Of a stretch of DNA of 64,000 nucleotides, positions 18,563-28,818 are shown piece after piece; position 1 is the stretch's first letter, and every line of letters begins with the position of its first letter. The notes beneath the pieces were generated by a model. That model had not been told where the DNA came from. It saw only the letters and a list, made by a program, of their open reading frames with translations, and searched no databases. The DNA lies in assembly GCA_963692885.1 (NCBI GenBank), contig OY843586.1, positions 4,121,061 to 4,185,060 on the forward strand, in the 5' to 3' direction. The position numbers and the translations under genes were made by a program. This DNA comes from Acidobacteriaceae bacterium (GTDB taxonomy: Bacteria; Acidobacteriota; Terriglobia; Terriglobales; Acidobacteriaceae).

Positions 18563-19207
18563 GTGACAGCTGAACATGCATCTACCATTAAAGTCCTGGC
18601 GGAGGAAAAATTCTTGATCAGCGAACTGCCCCGTCTGTGGTGGATGTTCAGTATTCGCGGATTGCTGACGCTGACATTTTCCGGAATTTGTTTCTTTCTT
18701 AGTTCATCCATGACAACTCTGTTTCTGCGGCCAGCCGGCTTTGTTCTGCTGCAGGTCCTCTTCAGTTTCTATGTCATCGCGACTGGATTTATCCTGCTGA
18801 CCGGCGCACTTTATGGCTTCGATGCGAAGCTTCGACATCGCAAGGTTCTGCTCGGGGATGCGCTGGTTAATCTTGCCATCGGAATCATTTTCTTCATCAC
18901 CCTGACGCTGTCGATGCAGTGGATACTGGTTCTATTCGCACTGCATTCAATGGCAGTCGGCATCTTTTACTGCGTGATTGCGCTTAGGATGAAACACCAG
19001 TTGATCAGCCGGCTGCTGCTTGCGGCAGCCGGTGCTGTCTCTGTCTTGGCCGGCTGGCGATTCATGGCGAGGCGCCTGATCGAGATGCACATCATGACGA
19101 CAGAAATCGCGCTCTACACTGCGCTTCTCGGTGCACTGTTGGTCCTGTTTTCCATCGCGCTGCGCACAGACCGTGTGCCCCTGTTGCAAGAGGCTGCCGA
19201 GGCCTGA
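18563..19207 (+). CDS. HdeD/DUF308-like integral membrane protein
   Basis: Six predicted hydrophobic helices and the WWMFSIRGLLTLTFSG signature. The start is GTG 18563 or TTG 18614, the latter preceded by GGAGG. Confidence 0.6.
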   Translation: MTAEHASTIKVLAEEKFLISELPRLWWMFSIRGLLTLTFSGICFFLSSSMTTLFLRPAGFVLLQVLFSFYVIATGFILLTGALYGFDAKLRHRKVLLGDALVNLAIGIIFFITLTLSMQWILVLFALHSMAVGIFYCVIALRMKHQLISRLLLAAAGAVSVLAGWRFMARRLIEMHIMTTEIALYTALLGALLVLFSIALRTDRVPLLQEAAEA

Positions 19208-19210
19208 GTC

Positions 19211-20281
19211 TCAGGCAGCTGCCTCAGCCTTGAGGCGCTCGGCCTGGAAGTGGGCAATCACTGCGTCCACAACAGGCTGCAACTGGCCTTCCATCACCTG
19301 GGCCAGCTGATGAAGAGTCAGGCCGATCCGGTGATCCGTCAAGCGGTTCTGTGGAAAGTTATAGGTGCGAATTTTTTCCGATCTGTCACCCGAGCCAACC
19401 TGCTGCTTCCGCTCCTTCGCAAGTGCGTCGTGCTGTTTTGCCATCTCCACTTCATATAAGCGCGAGCGCAACACGCGCATCGCTTTTTCGCGGTTCTTGA
19501 TCTGCGATTTTTCATCTTGACAGCTGACGACAGTGCCCGTCGGCAGATGGGTGATGCGGATAGCCGAGTAGGTGGTGTTCACAGATTGACCGCCGGGACC
19601 GGAGGAACAAAAGGTATCCACACGCAGATCCTTCGCTTCGATTTTCACATCCACTTCCTCGGCCTCCGGCAGCACAGCGACGGTGACTGCAGAAGTATGC
19701 ACGCGACCCTGCGTTTCTGTAGCCGGCACGCGCTGTACACGATGCACACCGCTCTCATAGCGCATCTGCGAGAAGACGCGATCCCCTTCCACCAGGAAGA
19801 TAACTTCCTTCATGCCGCCAACACCGGAGTCAGAGGTTGAGAGAACTTCAACCTTCCACCGATGCTGTTCAGCGAAGCGAGAATACATGCGGAACATCTC
19901 TGCCGCGAACAACGAGGCTTCGTCACCACCGGTACCGGCGCGAATTTCAACGATGACGTTCTTCTCGTCGTTCGGGTCTTTCGGCAACAGCAGCAGCTTG
20001 ATCTCTTCTTCAACTTTCGGCAGCCGCTCTTCAAGGCCGGCAAGTTCTTCTTCGGCCATGGCACGAATCTCTGCGTCTTCCTCTTTGAGCATGGAGGTGC
20101 TGTCGGCAATTCCGGCCTGAATTTTCTGGTACTCGCGAAATTTGTTGACTACCGGCAGCAGGTCGCGATGCTGCTTCGCGATCTTCTGATAAGCCAGGTG
20201 ATCATTGACGATTTCGTCCGAGCCAAGCTGACGGCCAAGGTCCTCATAACGGGCGGCGATTTGTTCCAGGCGTTCAAACAT
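19211..20281 (-). CDS. prfA: peptide chain release factor 1
   Basis: GGQ motif ([11 protein letters not shown]) and the RF1-type PAT tripeptide ([10 protein letters not shown]). Confidence 0.97.
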   Translation of the reverse strand: MFERLEQIAARYEDLGRQLGSDEIVNDHLAYQKIAKQHRDLLPVVNKFREYQKIQAGIADSTSMLKEEDAEIRAMAEEELAGLEERLPKVEEEIKLLLLPKDPNDEKNVIVEIRAGTGGDEASLFAAEMFRMYSRFAEQHRWKVEVLSTSDSGVGGMKEVIFLVEGDRVFSQMRYESGVHRVQRVPATETQGRVHTSAVTVAVLPEAEEVDVKIEAKDLRVDTFCSSGPGGQSVNTTYSAIRITHLPTGTVVSCQDEKSQIKNREKAMRVLRSRLYEVEMAKQHDALAKERKQQVGSGDRSEKIRTYNFPQNRLTDHRIGLTLHQLAQVMEGQLQPVVDAVIAHFQAERLKAEAAA

Positions 20282-20522
20282 AAATGCTGACTTTCATCAC
20301 GGGAGTATTTCAATTGATGGAGCTTAAGGGCGGGGCAGGGCGGCAGGCGCTGCTAAAGCAGTACGCGCGTGGGGAATCTGGATGGGCCGCTGCTCTTCAT
20401 CAATCATTATTTTAACGCAGCCGAATTCGCAGCGTGTACAGCAGGGTGGCGTAGCCTCGCCTGATTGCATCTATGCTAGGCGACAGCCTGCACTCAGAAA
20501 CAACTGAAAGGTTCTGCCCCAC

Positions 20523-22427
20523 ATGGATGCTTTGTTCGGCGAGTTCGCGCAGCTCTGCCAGCGGCTCGCTGAGACGACAAAGAAACTTGAGAAACGCGCA
20601 TGGATGGCCGAGTATCTGCGCCCGCTGGATCTTTCCGACGCAGCGCGCGCTGCACAGTGGCTGACAGGCGAACCCTTTACGGCGACCGACAGGCGCGCAT
20701 TGAATATGGGCGGCGCGAGCATTCAGCGCATACTCAAGGAAATCACCAAAGCGGATGACCGTGCGCTCCATGCCGCCTACCTGCGGCACGGTGATCTGGG
20801 CGGCGCGGCTTTTGAGCTGCTGGCTTCGCGCATGGAGCCGGCTGCTTCGATCACGCTGGCCATGGTGGATGCGGCATTCGATGCAATCGCCGGGCCCATC
20901 GGCAAGCCCCAGGTGTCTGCCGCTAAACAAAAAGTTCTACGCGAACTGCTTTCCACGGCGACTGCGCTCGAGACCAAATACATCATCAAGCTGATCATCG
21001 GGGACATGCGTATTGGTGTGAAGCAGGCGCAGGTTGAAGAAGCGATCGGTGTTGCCTATGGCCGCGAATTGAAGCAGGTGCGGCATGCGGTGATGCTGCT
21101 CGGCGACCTGCGCGAAGTAGTTGCGATGGCACATGACGACACGCTTGCTGATGCGCGTATGCGGCTCTTTCATCCACTCGGATTCATGCTGGCGAGCCCC
21201 GTCGAAACCGTGGAAGAGGCGATCGAGCGCTTTCAGCAGGAAGTGAAAGCAGAGAAGAAAGGCGCGGGCGGCGCTGCTTCTGCGGACGACGCGCAGCCGG
21301 CTACAGACACTGACGGGCCTGTTGATGAACTGCCTGTCGCCGACGCTCTTACGCGTGCGCAGATGGAAGATAAGTATGACGGCATCCGCGCGCAGCTGCA
21401 TTGCGGTGATGCGGATGAACCCGGACGCGTCGCGCTGTTCTCACGTTCGCGCGACGACATGACGTTGAGCTTTCCGGAAATTGCTGAAGGCTTCTCAGTC
21501 GTTGACAAGCCCTTGATCCTGGACGGCGAACTGCTCGCCTGGATTCCGCCGACGACAGAGGATGCAGGTCGAGCGCTTCCCTTCTCTTCCCTGCAGCCGC
21601 GTATCGGCCGCAAGAAGGTGACTGCAGAGATGCGCGCTGCTACGCCTGTCGTGTTTATGGCGTTCGATCTCTTGTACGCTGATGGCGAGCTGCTCCTGGA
21701 CAGGACGCTTGAAGAACGGCGCGAGCTGCTGACACGACTGGTCGAGGAGTTGCGGCCACGGGTACTCGCAGGGAGCGCGCCGCCGTCAAATGTGGCTGAC
21801 ACGCAGGTTGGCTTGTTCGGCGAAGTAGCTCTCCCTGATGATGCGTTCACCCGGCTTGTGCTTGCTCCCGCAACTGATCTGCAGAACGCAGAGCAGCTTG
21901 ATGCAGCCTATGGTGATGCCCGCGCCCGTGGAAATGAAGGCGTGATGCTGAAGGCGAAAGACAGTCACTATCAGCCGGGGAGACGCGGCCTGGCCTGGTT
22001 GAAGCTGAAGCGCGAACTGGCGACGCTTGATGTAGTCGTAACCTCTGCCGAATGGGGAAACGGCCGGCGGGCGCAAACTTTAAGCGATGTGACCTTCGCG
22101 ATCCGCGACGGTGACGACTTGAAAAATATCGGCAAGGCTTACTCTGGCCTGACCGATGTAGAGATTGCGCAGCTCACGACCTGGTTCCTCGAACACACCC
22201 TGGAAGATTTTGGAAGCTGGCGAGCTGTCGAGCCGAAGATTGTGCTTGAGGTGGCGTTCAATAACCTGATGCGCTCCGACCGCCATGCGAGTGGATTTGC
22301 CATGCGCTTCCCTCGGATCCTTCGTATCCGCGACGACAAACCGTTGGATGAGATCGATACACTTGCGCGGGTCGAAGAGATTTATAACGGCCAGCCGGAC
22401 AAGCCGGTCGAGTCTATCGCAACTTAG
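20523..22427 (+). CDS. ATP-dependent DNA ligase (with N-terminal DNA-binding domain)
   Basis: Adenylation motif I EDKYDGIRAQLH and motifs LDGELL, FMAFDLLY, EGVMLK and WLKLK. Confidence 0.92.
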   Translation: MDALFGEFAQLCQRLAETTKKLEKRAWMAEYLRPLDLSDAARAAQWLTGEPFTATDRRALNMGGASIQRILKEITKADDRALHAAYLRHGDLGGAAFELLASRMEPAASITLAMVDAAFDAIAGPIGKPQVSAAKQKVLRELLSTATALETKYIIKLIIGDMRIGVKQAQVEEAIGVAYGRELKQVRHAVMLLGDLREVVAMAHDDTLADARMRLFHPLGFMLASPVETVEEAIERFQQEVKAEKKGAGGAASADDAQPATDTDGPVDELPVADALTRAQMEDKYDGIRAQLHCGDADEPGRVALFSRSRDDMTLSFPEIAEGFSVVDKPLILDGELLAWIPPTTEDAGRALPFSSLQPRIGRKKVTAEMRAATPVVFMAFDLLYADGELLLDRTLEERRELLTRLVEELRPRVLAGSAPPSNVADTQVGLFGEVALPDDAFTRLVLAPATDLQNAEQLDAAYGDARARGNEGVMLKAKDSHYQPGRRGLAWLKLKRELATLDVVVTSAEWGNGRRAQTLSDVTFAIRDGDDLKNIGKAYSGLTDVEIAQLTTWFLEHTLEDFGSWRAVEPKIVLEVAFNNLMRSDRHASGFAMRFPRILRIRDDKPLDEIDTLARVEEIYNGQPDKPVESIAT

Positions 22428-23388
22428 CCGGCACCGCCGGCCACGGTGCAAGTCCTTGTGGTGACCAGCCTTTCACAATGGCACGTGCGAGCTTTGCCAT
22501 GGTCACATCACCTTCGTCATCGACTGTCCAGGACTGGTCTTTGTTGTCGTAGGTGAAGATTGAAATAATAATCATGCCGCTCTTTGTCGAGACAGCAGCG
22601 ACATCGTTACGCACAGCATTGAGCGCGCCAGTCTTGTTTGCAATGGCTTCATCGGTGGCGCCAGGCAGGGTGTCAAGGTAGCGCGGAATACCCTCGCGAT
22701 AGAACTGTGAGTGCAGCATGTGGAGGGCTGCGTTGCATAAGCTCGCGTCGTCGCCGGCAGCAGGCTTGCCTGGCTCGCCCAGCTCGCATGTGGCGAACCT
22801 TGTCATCAGCGAAGCCATTTCACGGGCAGTCGTCTTGCCCAGGCCAAAACGTTTCTGATCCGCGGGCATCCCCACGCCTGGCTCAGCGGGAGTGAAGATC
22901 TTCTTGTAGAGATAGGTGTCTTTCATGCCAAGTGCGGCGATGCGCGCATTGATATTGGCCACGCCAAGATGGTCGATCACGAGATTGGTCGCCGTGTTGT
23001 CACTCATGACGATCATGAGTGTCAGCGCATCCTTCAGAGTAAGCGGCAGTGGCGTATCAAAGAACAGCAGCAGCCCTGATCCCTGCACCTGGTCTGCCTT
23101 GGTGAGTGTCAGCCTGTCTTCGAAGTGCGCCTTGCCACTGCGTATCTGCTCCAGTGCTTCATAGAGAATTGCGAGCTTGATGATGGATGCGGTCTGCACC
23201 GGTTCATCGGGTAAGATCGCGATGGTTGCGCGGGTCTGCAGGTTCTCGGCAAAAAGAGTGACCTTGCCATGGTGGGCGGCGGCAATAGCCTGTACCTGCG
23301 TTTGCAGCGAGCCGGCTTGCTGCGCGAATAGGATCAGCCGTGAAAAAGTGAGCAGGAAGAGAATGCAGAGCATGCGCATGCAAAGCAT
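22414..23388 (-). CDS. class A beta-lactamase-related serine hydrolase, secreted
   Basis: Signal peptide plus SxxK (ASIIKL), SDN (MSDNTATN) and KTG (NKTGAL) motifs. It converges on the ligase gene with a 14-nt overlap. Confidence 0.8.
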   Translation of the reverse strand: MLCMRMLCILFLLTFSRLILFAQQAGSLQTQVQAIAAAHHGKVTLFAENLQTRATIAILPDEPVQTASIIKLAILYEALEQIRSGKAHFEDRLTLTKADQVQGSGLLLFFDTPLPLTLKDALTLMIVMSDNTATNLVIDHLGVANINARIAALGMKDTYLYKKIFTPAEPGVGMPADQKRFGLGKTTAREMASLMTRFATCELGEPGKPAAGDDASLCNAALHMLHSQFYREGIPRYLDTLPGATDEAIANKTGALNAVRNDVAAVSTKSGMIIISIFTYDNKDQSWTVDDEGDVTMAKLARAIVKGWSPQGLAPWPAVPAKLR

Positions 23389-23508
23389 GGTATTCCATCG
23401 GGTTCAGTGCTCGATCTGCTACCAAGGCAGATTCCTGCGCTTTGGCCGGGATGAAAGAGGGGTGACTTTTGGGGTCGTGCTACCCGGTTAGAGAGAGCGA
23501 CCAGGGGA

Positions 23509-24489
23509 TCAGTGCGAGTGCCCGTCGTGCGAGTGGTCATGCGAGTGCCCATGGTGGCTGTGCGCACTTACCGTCTCGACCGGCATGGCACAGCCGTGGG
23601 CGACCTCGCAGTCGATGTTTTCAAACTGGATGGTGGTGTGATGGATGCGGAAGCGCGTCCTGAGAGTGGCGTTGATCTCACTCAGGATTCGGCTGGTTTC
23701 AGACGTCGGAATATCTGCGACGGTGACATGCGTGGCCAGCGCCCGCGTTTGTGAGCCGAGACACCACACGTGCAGATCGTGTACGTTCTCGACTCCCGCA
23801 ATCTCCTGGAGCGAGACGCGAATCGCCGGCAGCGAGACATCGCGCGGCGTGCCCTCGAGCAGGATGTTGAGCGTCTCGCGGACGATCGCAATCGAACTCC
23901 ATAGAATGAGTGCGGCAATCAGCAGAGACAGCGCCGGATCAATCCAGTTTTGACCGGTGAACAGGATTGCCAGGCCACCCACGATAACTGCTGCCGTTGA
24001 GAGCGCGTCTCCCAGCATGTGGATGAAGACGCTTCGAATGTTCACGTCGTCGCCGGCTCTGGAAAGCAGCAGGGCGATCGTACCATTCATAGCCAGTCCG
24101 CATGCCGCGACAATCATCATCAACCTGGGCTGCACAGCTACTGGTTGTCCGAAACGATGCACTGCTTCTATACCGATCCAGACGGAAATAATGACCAGGG
24201 TCAATGCGTTCAGAAAAGCCGCCAGGACACCAGCTCGCTGGTATCCGAAAGTCTTCTCGTCTGTCGCGGGCCGGGTCTGGAAATAAACTGCGATAAAGGA
24301 CAGGAGCAGCGCCAGGAAGTCGGAAACATTGTGGCCGGATTCCGAGATAAGTGCGAGCGAGTGAGCGCGCAGACCGGCAAAGAATGTAAGCAGGACGTAG
24401 GCCAGGGTGGCGAGCAGGGAGAAGCGAAGGATACGCTGCGTCTTTCCCGGTGTAGAGCCCGTTGCTGGACCATGGTCGTGCGTATGCAT
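23509..24489 (-). CDS. cation diffusion facilitator (CzcD/ZitB-like) metal efflux transporter
   Basis: CDF TM core (HSLALISESGHNVSDF..., HMLGDALS) with a His-rich N-terminus (MHTHDHG) and C-terminal tail (HSHHGHSHDHSHDGHSH). The start could also be 24564. Confidence 0.9.
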   Translation of the reverse strand: MHTHDHGPATGSTPGKTQRILRFSLLATLAYVLLTFFAGLRAHSLALISESGHNVSDFLALLLSFIAVYFQTRPATDEKTFGYQRAGVLAAFLNALTLVIISVWIGIEAVHRFGQPVAVQPRLMMIVAACGLAMNGTIALLLSRAGDDVNIRSVFIHMLGDALSTAAVIVGGLAILFTGQNWIDPALSLLIAALILWSSIAIVRETLNILLEGTPRDVSLPAIRVSLQEIAGVENVHDLHVWCLGSQTRALATHVTVADIPTSETSRILSEINATLRTRFRIHHTTIQFENIDCEVAHGCAMPVETVSAHSHHGHSHDHSHDGHSH

Positions 24490-24600
24490 TGCGCCTAGTC
24501 TACGTGGGGTTTTGGAGTCACACAAACACAGCGGTTGACCCGGCTGGATAGCGTCACTGGTCATTTCAGCGACTAGCCAGCGCCTGAAGCGCCACCGGCT

Positions 24601-25074
24601 CTAACGTACAGCGGTACGCGCAATGCGCCGGACAGGGTGAATCGGCACGGAATTTGCTGTATCCCGCAGGCCACTCCAGTTTTCCGCGATGATGATGCTG
24701 TTCGTCGGATGATGCGGGTCATAGCGGACGGACGCTGGAAAGCCCAGCCGGCAATCATAGATGTTGACCAGGTTCTTGAGCAGGGTCACATCCTGGGAAG
24801 CCTCGTAAATCACGCCGGAAATCTCATACTTGTAGAGGATCAGCTGCATGCCCATGGGCCGGCCAATCTCCTCAGGCGTCAGGTCCGAAATGTCGATGAC
24901 TGTGGCGTCGATGATGCGACCAGTCTTCACCAGGGCCTTGCGGCGCTCACGCTCCAGTTCGTCCGCGCTCTCTTCCTTCCGGCTCAGCACCATGACCGCG
25001 AGACCAGCCAGCAAAGCGCCGATCCCGGCGATCGTGCTGAATACGTGAAATCCGCGTAAAGGTAAGCCGTACAT
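24601..25074 (-). CDS. DUF3592-like membrane-anchored hypothetical protein
   Basis: One N-terminal TM helix followed by a beta-rich domain. The family assignment is from memory of the overall pattern only. Confidence 0.5.
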   Translation of the reverse strand: MYGLPLRGFHVFSTIAGIGALLAGLAVMVLSRKEESADELERERRKALVKTGRIIDATVIDISDLTPEEIGRPMGMQLILYKYEISGVIYEASQDVTLLKNLVNIYDCRLGFPASVRYDPHHPTNSIIIAENWSGLRDTANSVPIHPVRRIARTAVR

Positions 25075-25286
25075 GGTTGCTCCCCGGGGGAAAACTGCCG
25101 TTTCGATGCACCCACAGAATAGCGCAGGGGCGGAACGAGCGGGAGTATCGAAAAGGGCATTCCCCGACCCAACAGTGCAATGCCATTCCGTACTGGAACG
25201 AGCCGGAATACGGTGCTACCTGCCGGCGAAACAGGTGCAGGATTGCGCCATACCCCTGTTTTTACTGCGTTATACTTGAAGAAAGA

Positions 25287-25925
25287 ATGAAAAAAGTAAA
25301 GCGCTCCTCCGTCCGCAGCGAGTCGAAAGTACGACCGGCGGCACCGGACCATCCACTGCTTACCTTTCCGCCAGACCAGCCAGGCCGTCAACGCATCCGT
25401 TCAACAACCGTGATCTGCGTGCGCCGCGGCAACAGCGTTGTGATGGCAGCCGATGGCCAGGTCACGCTCGGCGATGCAGTCATCAAGCACTCCGCGCGCA
25501 AGATCCGGCGCTTGTACCAGAACAAGATCCTGGCCGGGTTTGCCGGTTCGACAGCCGACGCCTTCTCGCTCTTCAGCCGCTTTGAAAACAAGCTCGAACA
25601 GTATGCCGGTAATCTCGGCAGGTCTGCTGTCGAACTTGCCAAGGACTGGCGTACCGACAAAATGCTGCGTAATCTCGAAGCCCTCCTGGTCGTTGCCGAT
25701 CCAGGGCAGACATTTCTCATCAGCGGCTCAGGTGACGTGATCGAGCCGGATGAAGGCATTGCCGCCATCGGCAGTGGCGGCTCATACGCATTGGCCGCGG
25801 CCCGCGCCCTCATCGAGAACTCAGAACTGCCGGCCCGCGACATCGCTGAGAAATCCCTGCGCATCGCCGGACAAATCTGTATCTACACCAATGACCAGAT
25901 CACGATCGAAGAACTGACGGCATGA
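25287..25925 (+). CDS. hslV: ATP-dependent protease subunit HslV with N-terminal extension
   Basis: [23 protein letters not shown] matches the mature HslV N-terminus (catalytic Thr). The nearest in-frame ATG is 39 codons upstream ([39 protein letters not shown]). Confidence 0.9.
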   Translation: MKKVKRSSVRSESKVRPAAPDHPLLTFPPDQPGRQRIRSTTVICVRRGNSVVMAADGQVTLGDAVIKHSARKIRRLYQNKILAGFAGSTADAFSLFSRFENKLEQYAGNLGRSAVELAKDWRTDKMLRNLEALLVVADPGQTFLISGSGDVIEPDEGIAAIGSGGSYALAAARALIENSELPARDIAEKSLRIAGQICIYTNDQITIEELTA

Positions 25926-25984
25926 TGTCCGACAATGTCTTCGGCGGCGCCTGCGCGGCGTTCGGTGTTCACCACACGGGTCCA

Positions 25985-26025
25985 CTTCAAGAAAGAGGGA
26001 AGTAATACCTCCCTCTTTCTTGAAG
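25985..26025 (+). promoter_or_regulatory. perfect 16-bp stem / 9-nt loop hairpin in the hslV-hslU spacer
   Basis: CTTCAAGAAAGAGGGA (25985-26000), loop AGTAATACC, then TCCCTCTTTCTTGAAG (26010-26025). No T-tract follows. Confidence 0.6.
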
Positions 26026-26119
26026 TCAACGCCATTACGGCGAGTATCGCTGCACGCGCAGGGCCCGCCGGAGGCTTTGTCAGACGTAGGCACCCATGGC
26101 TCGAAAGGAGCCGCACATT

Positions 26120-27673
26120 ATGGCTATTTATTTACCTGGAGTTGCTGAAGACCAGGAACTGGCACTGGATGAGTTGACGCCGCGGCAGATTGTGGCGGAG
26201 TTGGACAAGTACGTTGTGGGGCAGAAGGCTGCGAAGCGAGCTGTGGCAATTGCTCTGCGGAACCGCATGCGCCGGCAGAAGCTTGCTCCGGATCTAGCCG
26301 AAGACATCATGCCGAAGAACATCATCATGATCGGTCCGACCGGCGTCGGCAAGACCGAGATAGCGCGCAGGCTGGCCAAGCTGACGAACTCGCCGTTTCT
26401 GAAGGTCGAGGCGTCGAAGTTTACCGAGGTCGGCTATGTGGGCCGCGATGTGGAATCGATCGTGCGCGATCTGACCGAGATCGCCATCGACATGGTGCGC
26501 GAAGAGAAACTGGAAGAGGTTGAGGACAAAGCTGAGTTGAATGCGGAAGAGCGGCTCCTGGATCTGCTGCTGCCGCCCCCATCGCCGACTGTAGTGCCGC
26601 CTGCTGCGGGAGCCAGTGCTGCCGCGCCTGCTGCCGATGAGGCCCAGTTATCGCTGGTGCCTCCCCCGGCCAGTGCCGAAAGCCATCAGCGTACGCGCGA
26701 AAAACTGCGCTCGCAATTTCGTGAGGGGCGTCTTGATGAGCGCACGGTCGAGATCGATGTGCGGGAACGCAATGCACCGTCATTTGAAATTATCTCGAAC
26801 CAGGGCATGGAAGACATGGACATCAACCTGAAGGATGTCCTGCCCAGCCTGTTTGGCGGCCGCACCAAGAAGCGCAAGATGAAGGTCGCCGAGGCGTTTG
26901 AATACCTGGTGCAGGAAGAAGAAACACGCCTGATCGATATGGAGCAGGTAACGCGCGTTGCCATTGAACGCGTCGAGAATGCCGGCATTGTTTTCCTTGA
27001 CGAAATTGACAAGATTGCCGGCCGCGAAGGCGGCCATGGCCCGGACATTTCGCGTGAAGGCGTGCAGCGGGATATTCTGCCAATCGTCGAAGGCACGACC
27101 GTCAACACGCGCTACGGCATGGTGTCGACCGACCATATTTTGTTCATCGCGGCGGGGGCATTCCACGTGACCAAGCCGAGCGATCTCATCCCCGAGCTGC
27201 AGGGCCGTTTTCCGATCCGCGTTGAACTGCAGTCACTCACCGTCGAAGATTTCGTGCGCATTCTGACCGAGCCAAAGTCGTCGTTGACCAAGCAGTCGAT
27301 CGCGTTGCTCGAGACCGAGGGCCTGAAGCTCGAGTTCACGCCCGAAGCACTGGAAGAGATGGCGCGCTTTGCTTTCCGCGTGAATGAGACGACAGAAAAT
27401 ATCGGCGCGCGTCGTCTGCACACCATCATGGAACGCGTACTCGACGAAATCAGCTTCCTGGCGCCGGACCTTTCCAAGGCCGGCAAGAATGCTGAAGGAA
27501 TTGTCGATCTGCTGGCGTCCATTCCCGACAATGGAGCGACTGTGCCCATGCCAGTGGTTGAACGGCGGACGGACAAGGGTGTGGAGCGGGTGGTGGTTAT
27601 CGATCCTGCGTACGTGCAGCAGATGGTCGCAGCCATCGTGAAGGACGAGGATCTGTCGCGCTACATCTTGTAA
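26120..27673 (+). CDS. hslU: ATP-dependent protease ATPase subunit HslU
   Basis: ATG 26120 is preceded by AAGGAG (26105-26110). Walker [16 protein letters not shown] and a Pro/Ala-rich insertion in the I-domain are present. Confidence 0.96.
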   Translation: MAIYLPGVAEDQELALDELTPRQIVAELDKYVVGQKAAKRAVAIALRNRMRRQKLAPDLAEDIMPKNIIMIGPTGVGKTEIARRLAKLTNSPFLKVEASKFTEVGYVGRDVESIVRDLTEIAIDMVREEKLEEVEDKAELNAEERLLDLLLPPPSPTVVPPAAGASAAAPAADEAQLSLVPPPASAESHQRTREKLRSQFREGRLDERTVEIDVRERNAPSFEIISNQGMEDMDINLKDVLPSLFGGRTKKRKMKVAEAFEYLVQEEETRLIDMEQVTRVAIERVENAGIVFLDEIDKIAGREGGHGPDISREGVQRDILPIVEGTTVNTRYGMVSTDHILFIAAGAFHVTKPSDLIPELQGRFPIRVELQSLTVEDFVRILTEPKSSLTKQSIALLETEGLKLEFTPEALEEMARFAFRVNETTENIGARRLHTIMERVLDEISFLAPDLSKAGKNAEGIVDLLASIPDNGATVPMPVVERRTDKGVERVVVIDPAYVQQMVAAIVKDEDLSRYIL

Positions 27674-28027
27674 CGATTTGCCATCGAGGCGGAGGCGCCT
27701 TCGGCGCAAGAGCATGCTCCCGTTGGTCGCACTCGCCCGTCTCCCGACATAGAGTTAAAACCGGCGAATTCGCTTCTGATTCGGCCCGCATCGCCAGCAA
27801 GGGAAGCTTTTGTCTGGCGTTGAGGTGAGAACAGAGGTCACAGCTACCAGTATTCTTGTGGTCGTGCATCCCGTGAGGGATTGGCTGCTCGCGGCAAGTG
27901 GTCCGCAACGTTTCACCAAGCCAAAGCACTCAACCCGTACAAGCAGCAGTCGCACGACAGGGTGCGACCAGCGGGAGCATATCTTTATCGTTGAAGGCGT
28001 GTCCGCCCGGACGGCAGGTCCCAGGTC

Positions 28028-28564
28028 TTACATGAGGCGTTGTTGGGGCTTGGTCTCCGAGATTGGGAAGGCGTGAAGTTTGTCGAGTTCGCTGCGGACC
28101 AGGTTGATGCCATGGACGCACGTCTCGAACTTCTCCGCCAGCCGCTCAAACAATGGTGCCTCGCGCGCGTATTCGAACAGGTTGAAGGACGAGACGATGT
28201 AGAAGCTCTCCTTGCCTGTTTCAATGAGATTAAGAAAGTTCTCCGGCTGGCTGCGCGGATACATCCCCGTGAAGAACAGTGCGTAGTTACCGATATGTTT
28301 GCGGGCTTCGCGCTCGGCATCGAAGGACGACGCGGTACCATGCACAGGGTCCGACGCAGTCAGCATCTCGCTGATGCGCTGCAGTGGTTTCCCGGCTACA
28401 TCGCGTAGTGCGTAGATGCGGTTCGATTCAGAAAAGTCGGTGAGTAGATCGGCGACGTAGGCAGAAACTTCAGGATCGTCCATGCCGAGCTGGTTGCCAT
28501 AGCATTCGTCGACGAGGCCGTGGAACAGGTGACGCAAGGAGTGTTGCTGCGGAATCACATTCAC
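28028..28564 (-). CDS. hypothetical protein (178 aa)
   Basis: A clean ORF with coding-like composition. I recognise no domain. Confidence 0.6.
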   Translation of the reverse strand: MNVIPQQHSLRHLFHGLVDECYGNQLGMDDPEVSAYVADLLTDFSESNRIYALRDVAGKPLQRISEMLTASDPVHGTASSFDAEREARKHIGNYALFFTGMYPRSQPENFLNLIETGKESFYIVSSFNLFEYAREAPLFERLAEKFETCVHGINLVRSELDKLHAFPISETKPQQRLM

Positions 28565-28761
28565 CTCCGGTAATACTTGGGCGGTTGAAGTGCTTCAGCG
28601 GACGGCCTCTTGCCTTGGATCAGGCCTTCCGCCACATGCGAACATGCGGGTGTTGCTGTTGAATGTATCGTGAAAGTCTGATCAATAGTGAATAACGAAA
28701 GATGTACCGCGCGATTTTGTTAGCAGATAGGATTCCCGATTGCGAAACGATTCCTGTCATG

Positions 28762-28797
28762 AAAAACAAAGAAAACGGGCAGCCCGAAGGCTGCCCG
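28762..28797 (-). terminator. rho-independent terminator of tal
   Basis: On the minus strand, CGGGCAGCC-TTCG-GGCTGCCCG is followed by TTTTCTTTGTTTTT. Confidence 0.8.
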
Positions 28798-28818
28798 CTG
28801 GTCCAGGAACGCAATGAT

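Noticed and set aside
19202-19236. A cluster of short palindromes (GCCTGA/TCAGGC, AGGCAGCTGCCT, GCCTCA/TGAGGC) at the convergent HdeD-like/prfA stops, considered as a special element.
   Set aside because: They fall within the prfA C-terminal codons (…[10 protein letters not shown]) and are explained by GC-rich Ala/Glu codon repetition. At most they form a shared weak terminator.
20523-22427. The ATP-dependent ligase as an NHEJ (LigD-Ku) or ligase-associated damage-response locus.
   Set aside because: No Ku, polymerase/primase or phosphoesterase domains, and no Lhr-type helicase, exonuclease or phosphoesterase genes, are adjacent. It appears to be a stand-alone ligase.
22414-23388. Calling the class A beta-lactamase-like gene an antibiotic-resistance determinant.
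   Set aside because: The SxxK/SDN/KTG motifs are present, but I did not verify the Glu166-equivalent or the omega loop. This family includes many non-resistance serine hydrolases, so only the family-level call is made.
27674-28027. Possible ncRNA or small gene in the 350-nt gap after hslU.
   Set aside because: Only short hairpins are present (GTCGCAC/GTGCGAC at 27949-27968 and the GCGAATTCGC palindrome at 27764-27773). I recognise no RNA family signature, and the ORFs there are Arg/Ser-rich shadows.
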